A DNA stretch of 64,000 nt from Tubulanus polymorphus (lineage: Eukaryota > Animalia > Nemertea): assembly GCF_964204645.1 (NCBI RefSeq), contig NC_134033.1, positions 5,790,231 through 5,854,230 of the forward strand, read 5' to 3'. This document shows positions 1-13,649 of this stretch, piece after piece. The notes under the pieces are model-generated. The model saw only the letters and a list, made by a program, of their open reading frames with translations, did not search any database and had not been told where the DNA came from. Numbering within the stretch: position 1 is the stretch's first letter; each line of letters starts with the position of its first letter. The translations under genes were made by a program, and so were the position numbers.

Positions 1-43
1 ACGGAAAACTGTAAATGAAAGAAAAGAAACAATGTTTTCAATA

Positions 44-3000
44 TCAGATTTCAGTAATTGATAGAAGACTGGACTTTTGGTACTCTTCCGACCGCGGGAG
101 CTTGTCTCTAAATATCTTGCGTGTGCTATATTTTTCGGATCTTTTAACCTGTACAATCAAGATTAGACGTACACGTTCCCTTTGTTTGAAGCTGAAAGCA
201 GTTCCATCTCATGAATTTAGATTTAGGTCTTACTCGGAATTCATTTTCTTCGAGTTGACTCAGACTAGAGTCGAATTTTAATTCAGAGCCGTCGAACCGA
301 TATTCTAGGTTCGACGAGTTAAAAAAAAACCCACTACACTATATGTGCGGATTTTAAAAGATTTGAGACGAATTTCATTTATCAGGAATCGAACCATACA
401 CGACGTTTCTAACCCTCAGTAGAGATCATCTGCAGGACATGTGTCTGACGGTGATCTCTAGTGTGAGTGAGTTCGAAACGTAGAATTCTTGAAAATTCTG
501 TATTTGACTGGGATTTTCATTTGTTATATCCGTTCTCCACATCAGCGCGTACAAGATCAATTTCGTAAATGTATGGGCCAAGCAAGGCGTTCGTTTGACC
601 CATAACTTATACATTTGAAGACCCCATCAACCAAAACTGAAATAGCTGGTCCAAGGCGCCTGAAATCCACACATCTTGTCATATATACTATTGTATTCTT
701 ATTTCTTGTCGACAATAGTCTCTTACCAGTTTCCAGTTCGTAGTCGGTATATGACGGTGTCGGCCACGTATTTGCCTCTGTCGGAGAAATCTTGTAAGTT
801 CGACGAATTGACGAGCAGACGATAGATAACGAGATTTCGTTCAAACGACTGAAATTATTGAAAACGCTTACTCAACTTCAGTTCGTTAGAAAAACTGATT
901 AGGGCTTTCGAGGCAGGTGTCAATCTGCTAAGAGTCTTCACCCTCAGACATTCTAAATCGCAAATGAAAGACATGTACTAGACACTAGGCATTTGACATT
1001 CTATCCGCATACTTTTAAAAAGTGACCGTTCCTGCGTCACCTGTCTTCAGAACTTCACCCGAGACATTTTAATTGAAAATTGGAAATGAACTATAAATAC
1101 CAAACTTTAGACATTTTTAGGACATTTCCAAAATTGATCATTCACGCGATCATAAGTGTGTTCAGAACTTCACTTGGGACATTTGAATTCAAAATTGAAA
1201 ATGGACTTATGTACCTGAGGTCTAATAGAAAATGAACTACAAACATCAAACATTAGACATTTTATCAGCGCACTTTCAAAAACTGATCGTCCACGTATTA
1301 CATGCGTTCAGAATTTCAAGCAAACATTTTAATTCAAAGCGAACCACAAACACCAGAGCTCACGTTACATTATCGAATGCACGTATTAAAGGGTTGCTAC
1401 ACAGATACCTGCATAGAGTTATACTACGAGTAATACTTATCAAACAAATGTACAAACCTGCAAAGCCGTTTTGTCGAGTTGCGCCGAAGAATTAATTTCT
1501 TTAACTTCATTGACAAAATACTCCCAGGTACTGAGTAGCGTCGACCTAAGCCTGGAAAAATACAGGAAAATGGCAACGTAATTTCAATGTTGTAAAATTG
1601 AGTTTAGCTTCTTTGATGTTCTAGGCAATTGGCATTGATTGTAGACAACCTTGCCGTTGATGATAGCTGTTTATTTTTTACTCGCTTTTTACCGCGCGTT
1701 AGAATCCAGTTCGAAATATAATTTTTCCGCAATTTCAAGCTCAATTTCAGCCCGTTAGTCACGTACGTATGACTAAGTTATGGGGTCAAGTTACTCGCAT
1801 TGTTCTATATTCAATGTTGACATAACTGTTAAAATGTTCATCGAAATTGAAACGTGAATAAAGTGAAGCGCAATGGTAAAATGAGGACTCCACGTGTGGC
1901 AAGTGAGGGACCCACAAGGTTTCGCGTGCAACAGACGATTGAATGTGTTGCAAGTCAGGATCCGCCAGGTGTCGCTATTGTGCAAAAAGGGTACCTAATA
2001 CCGTGCCAATAGAGGATTCAACATGTGGAAGGTACGTATTCACAAGGTGTCGCTAGTGAGCATAAGAATATCTCTTACTATGGTAATAGAGGATTCCAAT
2101 CGTGAGAAGTGATGGTCAGCCAGGTGTCGCTAGTGTGCAGTATGTCGTTAACTACGATGCCAACCTAGGAGTCCACCATGTGTAGCTAGTAGTTACTTGG
2201 ATTTCCACACTTCGATTTCAACCGAAATCGAATCGACTTGTGTAAATTAATGACCAAACACCGTAGTTTCTTTTGGAGGCTCGTACTATTTGAATTAGGG
2301 AGTTTAGAAATCAGGTAAAGAAAGAACTATGATTTTTACCTCTGTATTTCTTCAATACTGTTCAGATCGGGCGGTGGAATCAGACAGCATGCGGCCGGTA
2401 TTGTCAACTTTTGACCGAGACGGTTTACAACCTAGAAAAATGATCACAAATTAATCAAAAGGTTTCCGTTCGTGGCAGGCTTCGCTATTGTGCATTTCAA
2501 CATCAGAGGAAATGGAGGATTCTACTTGTGGTAATTGAGGATCCACCAGGTGTCAATAGTGTACTGTAGGAAATCAACTAATGTGGTAATATAGGGTTCG
2601 ACTTGTCACAAGTGTGGATGCACCAGGTGTCGCTAGTGTACTGTAGGACATCAACTACTGAGGTAATAGAGGGTACCATTTGTGGCAAGTGAGGATCCAC
2701 CAGGTGTCCCTGGTGCGCAGTAGACATCGTAACTGCATTAATCACGTTATTTTCTTGCGTTTACTTAGAAATGATTAACCTAACTCTATTTTAGAGGAAT
2801 TGTATAGCAAACTAGTCAAGTTATATCGTAACGTACCTCCCACATATTCTTATCGGTGTTGCTTATCAGGATGATCGAGTCACCGGCTTTCACCCGAACC
2901 TAAATGAAGCATAACACACATAGCCAAGCAGGAGGTCAAGAATGTGGCGCCAATTCATTAATATTCGAATAAGGTATAACTCGAAATTAAAATAGGCAGA

Positions 3001-6000
3001 AACAAATCCAGTTGTTACACTAGCTTTTAGGGTACTTACCTTTTCCGAAAAATAATCACAGAGCGCGATACAAGGCCGGCTGTGTTCTAAGGTTTGAGTT
3101 CGTAGATTCACCGGCACCAGGAATTGACTCCTGTGGTACAAACTTTCCGTTTGATGTCTCCACTTTTCGAAACAGCTGGTCATCTTCTGGTGTAATAGAA
3201 AACAAAATAAGAATTTGAAAGTTTATTAATTAACTGGGAAAATAGTTGTACATAGTTATGATATCTCATTTTCATAAATAGCATTTCGATATATTAACAT
3301 GAAAGCTAGCTTTGACGCCATTAACGCCACTTGACGCCACTTTGACGCATAAGTTCTTTTGAAATTGGGTATAACGACAATTGAATTGAATCGACCGGCA
3401 ACCAGTCTAGTATTCGCTATTGATGACGTAGTGCACGTCCTTTCAAAAATAATTGTTATAACCAATCTAAACAAGAGTTATGATCTATCTTTGATTACAA
3501 AATAAACGCAAAAATTCACAACTGTATTTGTTATCTTGAAACATTGATGACGTAGAGCCCCTTAAATAACCCCTTTAATTATTAATTAGTTGCACAGTCG
3601 TGATTTAAGTCCAAAAGTGGTCTTACATCTTAAGACTTGGTCCGTTCCATGGTCAGGGCTTAGACTTAAGACCATTATAATACCAACTTAGTTCTATAGC
3701 CAATCTAACAACTTAAGACCAGTCTTAAGATTTAAAACCACTTTTGGTCTTAAGTATTGACTGAACTGACCCAAGGGCAAAATCTAGTATTAGATTTAAG
3801 ACCAGCCTAAGACCATGTTAGTCCTGTAAACAATCTAACAACTTAAGACCAGTCGTATGACTTCAGACCCCTGGATAAGAAAAACCAGGTACAGAGAACA
3901 ACGAAATTATGGAAAGGAACATATAGACAGAATGTGTAGCTTCAAATCTCGTCTTTGCATCGCCTATTTTTTTCTGATGCAGAAATCTAAATATTCAAAA
4001 TTTTTTACCTTCAGTTTGTTGTTGTTGATTTGTAGTCCCGGAGTTTCGGTAATTCGCACCAGTTGTTTCGTTCGCCTGCCGATATCTGCCAACATCGACT
4101 CCTTTATTTGATCGAATTCCATGTAGAACTGCAATAATCAATACACGAAATGAGACACTTAAACGAAATTACGATGCACAAAATTACTGTGACATCTGAT
4201 TGTGTTTTAGTTAATCATCCTTGGGCAGCTAGTCGTTATGGCTTAGACTAGGATACCGTGCCACCACTAACCCCTTGATCGATGAGTATCACAAAAGCTC
4301 CCTAATGATGATTTAGCTACAAAATCTGACAATTCGGATGGTTCATTTCTATCCAAGTTCAAGTAGATATTTATTTTAAATGGTTTTGTCAGATTTTCAT
4401 ATTTTGTGACTATTCTAAACTCTTCGTGGCACCCTCCATCTAAACCATCTCAACCCTATCGGCCCTCTCCTCGCTCTCCCTCTTCACCCTACCCCTCTAT
4501 CCCCGTCTCCCCATCCTCTCCGTCTCCCTCTCCCTCTGCCTTTCCGTCTCCGCCTCCCTCTCCGTCTCCATCTTCCTCTCCGTCCCTGTCTCCACCTCCC
4601 TCTCCGTCTTCCTCTCCGTCTCCATCTTCCGCTCCGTCCCGGTCTCCGCCTCCGTCTCCCTCTCCGTCCCCATCTCCGTCCCCGTCTCCACCTCCCTCTC
4701 CGTCTCCCTCTTCGTCTCCATCTCCGTCTCCGTTTCCGTCTCCCTCTCCCTCTCCTTCTTACAGATCGGCTTCTAGATATGATTCACCTGCTGGTAGGCG
4801 GCGGTATGTTCCTCGTGCAACTTTGTACATCTTTCCAACGTTTCACTCCATCTAGAATTCAGCATAGTTTCGACCTAAACATTCGAGTGAATAGAAAAGT
4901 AACAATCATCCATTTGGAATGCATAAATAATCGAGGCCATTTCACACTTCTATTTACGATTTTTTGAAATATGGTGATTTGAACTCGAATTGAAATGAAA
5001 CTGTAAACTGTGGAACTATAGGTCTAAATTTGATCTTTAATGCCATGAAGATTTTCTCGTCACTCCATATCGCCTTGGGCTGAAAGAGTTGCTTCGAATG
5101 CAAACTAACGTCCTAGGGTTCTTCTCATGCGGACATTTCGAATGATTCTATTTTCAAAACTTTCCTTTTTTCCCCGAAATATCTATCTTTAGATTTCCTA
5201 AGAGAAAAGCGAGTTTTGAAATCGGTATAGCGTTATACGTATTTATAGAAGGCTTATATATTGTATATAAATATTTCGACCTGGTTGGCGGTTAAATGCG
5301 CTAATTCAATACGGTTTTTAGTAACAATCAAGGATCACAATCAGTTGACTGACTTCTAACAGTCGATGTCTCGTTTACGTTAAGGGGTTTTAATTCTCCA
5401 TTTAATTCTACATTTTGCTAAAGTAACTATTAGAAAGGTTAATATACTCAACGATTGAATGTGGCGTTTTGCTTTTGTTTATGAAAAAGCCAAGCGTAGG
5501 ATATGCCGCTTATCTTATTAGGTGAAACGGTATTTTTCAAGAAAGTGTCAACGGCGTTAAAGCTTTTATTTCTGAATACTGAATTCTATTGGAGCATAGC
5601 TTAATGGGATATTGTTGCATTATCTGCATCCAGTGCTGAGTGACAATTGGGTTCGAGTCCCGCTGGCCCCTTACAGTGCCCGGGCAATACTTCACAGGCA
5701 GTCCCGTCGTGAGGTTAAATGAACAATCAAATGGGGTAAACGTTGGCAACCAAGACCAAACGACGCAAAGCAGGAAAACTGAATAGACGAATATATATAT
5801 ATTGCGGGTCCGTACCCACAGGGGATTAGAAGGGTTCGAGCGACCCCTATTTCTGGTACCGTTCAATGCAAAGATTCTTTGCAATATAGAAAGCTCAAAG
5901 GGCTTTGACTGTATAATAGCACCCATACTGATGGCAATGCATCACCAGCTTGGCTTATACAGGCCAAGGGTCCAGTTCCACAGTTGCGAGTAAAGATCTA

Positions 6001-7143
6001 ACTCTGAGGTAACTCATTGAAAATAAACTAACTATATAACTCAGAGTTAACTCTAACTCACAACACTGTGTAACTGCATCCAGGGGCCCAGTTCCACAGT
6101 TGCGAATTAAGATCTAACAAAGAGTTAACTCATTGAAAATGAATTGTCGAACTGGGGCCTGTATACTAACGCACTCGGTGGCTATTAAGGCCTTCTAATC
6201 GATGTCTGTATCGGGATTTTTATCTGAAAGCGTTTAGAGCTTTGGAAATTGAATCACGACGTACCAGTTTGCTGTCGGACGAATGCTGGCGCAGTCGATC
6301 AGTGGATGACGCCGATTTCATTTCAATTTCCACCGCTTGCCATAGATAACAGTCCGAATCGACCTGTAATTAGAGAGAAATAAACACGTTCCGAATTAAA
6401 TCGTTGGTTCGACTATTTTGCGTGCCATTGTAGTCCCTTAGTATTCCTTATTTTTTACGCTTACGACTAAAATTGAAATACCCGTCGTAGGATCGAGTCT
6501 TGGCTTTGCGGTACGGTCGCCGATTAGGTTCGATTCCTGCTGACTACGTTGGAGTAATCGGAGAGAGCATTTATTGGTCCCGTGAGTTCCGACCCTGATA
6601 AATCGTTACCAACATGTAATTGAAGGTCAAAATCAAATTAAAAGCCGAAATGACTGTAGAACAAAAAGTCCTGGGACAGTTGTGCCAAAGTTGGGCCACG
6701 TTCGTGGTCTTAAGACTGGCTTTAGTAGGTCGTTAGATTGACAAACTAAGTTGGATGTAGACTGATAGATGTTAGATGACTCTTGATAGTTCCAAAATAA
6801 GTTTTGAGATGTTAAACAGAACAAGAGCTTAGACTGGTCTAAAGTCGTTAGATTGACTTCAGAGTTAAGATGAGCTTTGACTGGTCTGTTGTTATTGGCT
6901 ATGGAACCAAAATGATCTTTGACCTGTCTTAAGTTTTAAGAACGTTATAGAACCGAACTAGCTAAGACTGGCCTTAAGTTGTTAAATCGGTTGTAACTTT
7001 AAGTTGGTCTAGGGAAGACTGGTCTTAAGTCAAAGTCATATGTCTTATGGAATCGGCCCGTGGCTGGCTACATTACCTACCTGTTGCTGCGGGATATTCA
7101 GGCCGATGAACGAGCGACGATATTCCCCGACGGTCGGCGGCAT
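44..7143 (-). CDS. Short plakin-domain protein (spectrin-repeat/SH3 core); multi-exon; 3' end and one internal exon unresolved
   Basis: GT-AG exons, minus strand: 7143-7081 (MPPTVGEYRR..), 6363-6265, [one phase 0-to-2 exon not found], 4851-4788 (WSETLERCTKLHEEHTAAYQQ), 4128-4009 (FYMEFDQI..), 3186-3040 (..RSQFLVPVNLR..PCIALCDYFSEK), 2899-2837 (VRVKAGDSIILISNTDKNMWE), 2431-2340 (VVNRLGQKLTIPAACCLIPPPDLNSI), 1551-1458 (LLSTWEYFVNEVKEI). Phases agree from 4851 to 1458. ALCDY..GD..L..N..W.V..G..P..C.LIPPP is the plakin SH3 signature. Candidate 3' exons 848-727, 659-414, 304-234 and 148-44 do not join cleanly. Confidence 0.72.
900..1330. repeat. Degenerate tandem subrepeats of a dispersed repeat family
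   Basis: Recurring 'agacattt..aatt..aaattgaaatg.act' and 'cactttcaaaaactgatcgtcc' units; related array in inverted orientation at ~19330-19830 and a short piece at ~50220-50255. Confidence 0.6.
1880..2730. repeat. 77-bp satellite-like arrays (two blocks flanking an exon)
   Basis: 'caccaggtgtcgctagtgt..' recurs at 2544, 2621 and 2698 (77-bp period); looser copies at 1880-2200; same family at 22040-22390 and 37290-37480. Confidence 0.8.
3588..3865. mobile_element. MITE-like repeat with 'ttaagaccagtcttaag' subrepeats
   Basis: Self-complementary AAGACC/GGTCTT subrepeats; same family at ~6677-7060, ~18731-18870, ~24715-25200 and ~39877-40270. Confidence 0.65.
4460..4758. repeat. Degenerate (TCTCCG/TCTCCC)n hexamer tract in an intron
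   Basis: About 300 bp of pyrimidine-rich hexamers between plakin exons 4788 and 4128. Confidence 0.9.
5648..5795 (+). mobile_element. tRNA-derived SINE
   Basis: B-box GGTTCGAGTCCC followed by body 'gtcccgtcgtgaggttaaat.aacaatcaaa..ccaaacgacgc.aagca', shared with the copy at 17886-18030. Confidence 0.65.
5968..6160. mobile_element. Two adjacent palindromic MITEs (CCAGTTCCACAGTTG termini)
   Basis: Ends 'gggtccagttccacagttg' and 'cgaactggggcc' enclose GAGTTAACTC palindromes; other copies at ~32805-32915, ~34893-35005 and ~13378-13460. Confidence 0.7.
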
Positions 7144-7689
7144 TTTGCTAAATCAATTTACTAATCCCAGCAAAAAAAAACAGCCTCCGAACACGCGAAA
7201 AACACTAATTATATTTCACCATACACTAAAGCCCACAGTACACTCCCGGGAACATTGAACCACATACTCGCGGTTGACGGGTTTTTTTTAATATTCGAAA
7301 CCAACCGTCGCTCGCACGCTCGCTCGTCTGATCGGGTGCGGTTTAAACAATAACACGGTAGTCGAATATATGCTTTTCGCTGTTTTGACTGGTAATGTAA
7401 ACGCACGAGCCCCATTAGCATGTCCCAACGACACTTCAACATGCTTTTTAAAAAGAGAGGCCTTTCAAGGGTAACGTTTTTCAACGAGCGACGACGCGAT
7501 CGATAAGTTGATTTCGATATTTCATACATATGTTTTAAGTACACGAATGATATGTATTCATACATTGTAATTCTAATTAACGCTTTCCCCTGCGCAGTTA
7601 CGGATGTGAATTTAATTCTACTGTTGGCATTAAATATGACGGATCTGATTCGAATTAAGTTCCTCAGTTGTATGGCTTTGAATCGACTC

Positions 7690-8105
7690 TTCATCCAGTT
7701 CCACAGTTGTGTAGGTTTAATTTCACTCTGGATGGCTGTGGTGCCGGTTTAATTTGACACTGCGTCCAGTTCCACAGTTGTGTCGGTTGCATTCAAACGC
7801 AGTGGTTTTACAGTTGTGTAGGTTTTATTGAGTCTGAATCCAGTTCCACAGTTGCAAGGGCTTAATTTGATTCTGGATCCATTTCCACAGTTGTGTGGGT
7901 TTAATTTGATTCTGAACCCACAGTTGTGAGGGTTTAATTGTTTCTGAATCTAGCCACACAGTTGTGTGGGTTAAATTGACTCCAAATCCAGTTCCACAGT
8001 AAGTTGTGCGGGTTTGATTTCAAACTCTGTGGACCCAGTTCCACAGTTAAGTGGATATGATTCGATTCTAGATGCGCTTCCACAGTTTCGTGGGTTTAAT
8101 GCGAT
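7690..8105. repeat. ~40-bp tandem repeat built on the MITE terminal motif
   Basis: About 10 units like 'tccagttccacagttgtgtgggtttaatttgattctgaa'. Confidence 0.8.
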
Positions 8106-8584
8106 TCTGAAGTTTACACTGACATGAGTATACGTACGTTGCCTCAAATCATACCTGGAGGAGCTACTTGATCGTGCGTGATTTCTTTTTTTTTAAAACT
8201 ATACATTTACGCATCGTGCACAAAAAAAAACTCGACCGACAAAACGAAATATACAAACTCGAATCAAATCAATTGGACACGTATTTTCTTTCGTATGTAT
8301 ACACACATAGTCGGCAGACCGGTTTTTCGAGTTTGAATAAATGGCGAATAGTTTTTAAAACATTGTCGTGATTTTCACTGTGATTTTCGCCTTGTGAATT
8401 TCCTTTTGTCGATCGGCGTTATGTTTGACATTCAATATACATTCCAGACTTGATTTTTTTAACGAACGAGATTCACTCTTTATATAGCTATCAATGGTTG
8501 TCGACTATTCAAATGTTCACCTAGATTCTCCGGTTACTGCCATTGATATGTCCTCAGTACGAAGATTTGATTTGAGACCAAGTG

Positions 8585-9115
8585 GCTGTTCGCTCGCTAC
8601 AACCATACAGCGCTAGTTCATCAACAACCCACGTGTCTGTTCTAGTCCCTCACTCTCCCCACAGCTGTGAGGAGAGTTCAATAGGAACCCAAGAGTCTGT
8701 TCTAGTCATATGCAACCGCAGCTGCGAGAGGAGTTCAATAGGAATCCATGAGTGTGTTCTAGACATTTACTGCTACTAGAGCTGCGAGGGGGTTCAATAG
8801 GAACCCATTATTCTGGTCCAGTCACTTACACCCACCACAGCTGCGAGGGGAGTCCAATAGGAACCCAAGAGTCTGTTCTAGTCATTTACTGCCACCAGAG
8901 CAGCGAGGGGAGTTCAATTAGAACCCATGAGTCTGTTCTAGTCATTAATTGTCACCACAGCAGCCAGGGGAGTGCAACAAGAACGTGTGTGTCTGCTCTA
9001 GTCACTCACAACAATCAAAGCTGCGAAGGGACTTCACCGAGGACCGAGGTATATTTTCTAGTTCCTTGCGCCCACCACAGCTGTTAGGGGTTTATTAAGA
9101 ACCAATAAGTCTGCT
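8585..9115. repeat. ~59-60-bp minisatellite
   Basis: Units 'ctagtca..ccacagctgcgagggagttcaataggaaccca.gagtctgtt'; same family at 20270-20895. Confidence 0.85.
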
Positions 9116-9120
9116 CCACG

Positions 9121-9188
9121 ACCACCACCACCACCACCACCACCACCACCACCGACACCACCATCCCCACCACCACCACCACCACCAC
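9121..9188. repeat. (CAC)n microsatellite
   Basis: Directly visible. Confidence 0.95.
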
Positions 9189-12100
9189 GAATGTGAGCGG
9201 AAATTACGGTCCATGTGTCTGTAATCTAGTCACTCAACCCAGTTTTTCTCTAAACGATTCATTTTTTTCCAGCAGTCAATTTCATTTACAACTCCGCTCG
9301 CTTATAGACGCGATGGGTCTCGAATAGTCTCAACACGCGTCGAATTTCACTCAATAGAATCTAAAGCGTCTGAAGTGCTAAAAACAATTCGAATGAATAT
9401 CTTTACGCAACCTACAACTCGCAACGTACAGCATACGATAACGCAGTAGAGTGGCTATCTAAGTATATGCAAATCAACCACGAAGAACAAAGATGTCGGT
9501 TCTTCAAAATTTATGAGTTCCAATGGAGTGTTTTGAAATTTAAAAGATTTTCAAAAAAATCAACTGACAATTAGGTCAAGTCTTAGCGAATGCGTTTCGT
9601 AAATTGTCATTTTTTAAACCAAGTAACGAAGAAATCGTTTGGAAACTTTTTAACTTTTTAGCTTTATTGACAAAATCAAGGTCGCTTTGTTGACAAACGT
9701 GAGCGGTGTGACAATTTCGGTTGAATTCGCAAGAAAAATGTATCAAATATATAGAAGCGATTTCATAGAGGTTTGAATAGAAAAGTGTAGATTAAAAAGG
9801 GATAAGAGGTAGGAATTTTACAGTTTAATTTACTAATAGGAACTGACCAAGGGAGTCCTATAAGACAAAAGTATCAAAACCACTTTCCGACCTAAACCAT
9901 GGCTGCATCAACTCTGGGCAAGCCTGGCTGGGCGGATTCAGGTTCAAAGGAAAAGAGGCCTACTTCTGAAAGTTAGGGTCTTTCGAAGCTTCGCCACAAT
10001 TTTGTTGGTCACATACCGCACAATGATATTTTAGATTCTTCTAAAATGGTAAAAACTTCCATATTTTTACAACTTTCCAGCCTAAATTTCGATCTTTCCT
10101 CAGAAAATATTCGGTCTGGAATGTTTACGGATGGAATTCCAAGGGACCTCGAATTTTAAGGGTCCGTCAGCGGATATATTGTATAGGGTTAGACTGAGGA
10201 TCAGCCCAACCGGCCACATGAACTAACCCAATCGACAATGAATCGGGTCAAACCTTTGGCCCGGGGACTAACTCAATTAATAATGAATTTAGTTAGCCTC
10301 GGATTAAAGTTAATACCAGTCTCTTAAACCGGGCCCTGGGGTTCAATATATTGTTGAAATGAATTCATAAAACAAGCCATTATATTGCCTCTGAATTTAC
10401 GATGAAGAATATCTTAGTGCTTTTCAAATTTTAAGTTGATCTAAAAAATCAGTCTCAGGGTTAATGCCATTGACTGTTAACTTATCATCTTATTGAGTGA
10501 CGAACCAACAATTGAAAAAAACCCTTCAGATTTGATTCTTCGGAAAATATATCAAATTTACCACAATTTTATACTGAAGACCATTATCAAGTATACATGT
10601 ACAAGGTCAAACCAAAATTTTACAGTTCTGTATAGACTTTCGTCTAATACGTAAAATTAATTTAGTTCTCATTGTTGGTTGACGCATTGCGAATTTCTAC
10701 TTACTAGTGACTATACGAATTGAATCAACCTAATTCATAAAACTGAGCCCGAGAATGATAATTCGTAACGTTAAAGCCCGAACTGAAGTCTCATTAGGCC
10801 GGTTAAACAAAACCTAATTATATTCAAATCACATTCAATTGAAGTCTAATCTAAAATGAGAAGGTTACCATAAGCAACTAATCATAATTTTGCATTGTTT
10901 AACCCAGGGACGGATTCAGGAATTTAGAATACGATGGGTTAGCTGTTATCGACAGAACAGAGATTGTTAAAACCCGCAAATTTGACTTTCATCCTCTCCG
11001 AAAGGTCATCTTTTTGGGTGTAAATCAGCCTAACCCTAAGCTGAGGGACCCTTCCAGTTGCCCAAGAAATGAGTCCTATAACCGTATATTATTTTCCTCG
11101 GATTCCCGCCTTCCAATAAAATTTTCCTAGATCCGCCCTTGTGGACGAAGTTTTCAAAAATGGATCCTTTTCCGAAATGGCAGAGTGATTCTAAAGCGGA
11201 ATGACCAGCAATTATTTTCCGTTGTTTGACAGGTTGTGAAATGCTATATTGGCATACCTCCCCCCACCCGACTGCCTAAATTCACCCCTGAGACTGTGTC
11301 CAGGATCGTAGAATCCATAGTGACTATTTTCTTACCTTTAAATTGATAACTGTCCGCAAATGAGATAAAACCGAACGAACAGATAATGTTTCAGCACCCC
11401 CGCGGTTCGTGTTGCGTAAAACGTATTCAAATTACCACTATACGCGGTTCCCTAATATTCAACACTATTTTCATACCAGTTCTGGCGAACACGCAACGCA
11501 TATCTACATACATATATAATGGCACATAAACTCATCGACAATGTCTTAAAGAATATTTCTAAAAAATTCGAACGACTCGCATTCAACGACTCACGATCTA
11601 TATATTTCTCAACACAAAGGGCTGGAATAAATCGATTCTAGTTTAATAATGCAGGCACAACAAAAAAATCGGTATGCAAGTTTATTTTTCTTCAAGTATA
11701 CGGTATATATACCAGTCGCTTTTGATCGACGAGATTTCGTTTTCTAGCAATTTTCGTCACAAGCAGTAGCAATCGTTACTATTCGAGGCGTCCTGGGAAA
11801 ATACTTGGTTGTTGAACACGATTTGATAATGCCCCGCGTGCCACCAGCTATCCCCCTATAGATGGCGCGCATGTCAAGGCCCGTGGTTGCATTCATCTAC
11901 TGAATGATATTGCCCTCATTGGTATTTTTATGATGTGTTAGTATTTGAAGGTAGCCCTAATTAGTTACTATTTTTATCTCTGTTTGTTGACTTAAACAAG
12001 TATATTATGTGATTGAATTTGTTTTAATTTTTTCTACCGTGTTACTAATCTGTAAATTGTGTGCTGTCCTCCAATACGTTTGAGTGTTAAGAAGATTGAT

Positions 12101-13649
12101 GAGAAAAACAAGAAAAGCCTCGTCTTTGGAGAAATTTAACAAGATGCTGAGACCAGAAAATTTACAAACCCAAATTTCTAAATTTGTGAAGGTGACATCC
12201 AAAACTCAATACTGAGGCTAGAGAAATTGATACCTTGTTTTCCATTTTCCATTCTGCTGGGCTAAAAAGTTGAGCCGGCCGCCTAGCTATGTATTATGTA
12301 CATACTATTCAAACCATGATCAAGCTAACCATCATACCTCACAGCTATAAAAATGAACTGATTGAAAATTTTATTGTAGTTTACAAAATGCTCGGCCGAT
12401 TAAGAGAAAAAAGTATGATTCATTCATTAGCCCTTATTAGTAAGTCCCGTTATTTTTTACGTATGTACCACTAAGGGCGTAGTGTAATAGCTCTTATATA
12501 TCTTATCGTAGCGTAGCGAATTAAGGCAGTTACGAGGATCCCTGTAGTAAATCTTTTGAACTTATTCTTACCGAAACCATCTTTAAATACTATAGTTATA
12601 ACACTTAAATTGTGTTTCCGGCATTGCTTTCATTCAAGATCAGTGACGACGATCGCGATTTCAATACGAACTCGGCGAAAAAAAGTTGATGGTAACCATT
12701 GGTGAAACACTATGTCCGTGAAACACTATGTCCGTGTCGTAACGATATGTGTAGAGAATCCCGCACTAATGAAACGAGAAAGACCTAGATGAAGTCGACC
12801 GCCTAAGGTTCAAACATGGGACATTATTGCATTTTTTTGTTAATCGTACGGCAACATACATCAATCGAAAGATTAGATCCCATATTTCATGAAAATACCT
12901 GTTACCACTTTGGGTTACTCATATTCTCACCTATAGGGGGCGCTGAGGTTGCTATGGTTAATTACCACATTGAGGTTTTGTTTCTCTTACTTGTTGTATA
13001 GAAATCAAAGAATGTGGATTCATCGTTAAATAATTAGTTCGAAGGAAAATTTTCGGATTTCATCTTTCTCGTTTTATTAGTGTGGCATTCTCTATACACA
13101 ATTGATCGTAATTAAAGTGTTGTGAATATGGGCCCCGCTGAGAACATTTTAACTAATAGCTAATTACGCGAAAGCTTTTACAATGCTGATTACAACGAGG
13201 TATTGCGTGCATTCCCCATAGGAGTAAAATAATCTGAAGTGAACTTATTCTAACTCGTGGAGTCAGACCTAACACATGCTAATTTAAAGCGGGTCCAAAT
13301 TAAAGTCGGTTTAACGATGCTCAAAATAGGTTCATTTTCAATTTTACGCTTTCAACTGCATTTCGTTTTCCACAATCCAGTTCCGGTTCAACAAGTTCTG
13401 AGTTGAATTTGACTCATGAGTTAAAAAAATATTGAAAATGAACTGATTTTAACCTAGAGTTTAGTCTTCTACCACGCGATATTGAGGAACCGAATCCTGG
13501 CGATATGTTTTTAAAGATGAAGAGGGAAAAAGCTTCGAAATCGTTGATATCATTGCTGATTCTGCTGTTGTTGAAGCCATGATACATTCCAAGATCATCC
13601 TCGCTTGCCAGGATTTTATTGCCTTTTTTCGCCGAAGCTCAGGCCAACA

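Noticed and set aside
4406-4855. 149-aa Ser/Pro-rich ORF (extensin-like)
   Set aside because: Translation of a hexamer microsatellite; GTG start; antisense to plakin exons.
8582-9087. His/Cys/Ser repeat ORFs (also 20595-20995) and CRISPR-like periodicity
   Set aside because: Minisatellite units without unique spacers, no cas genes, eukaryotic context.
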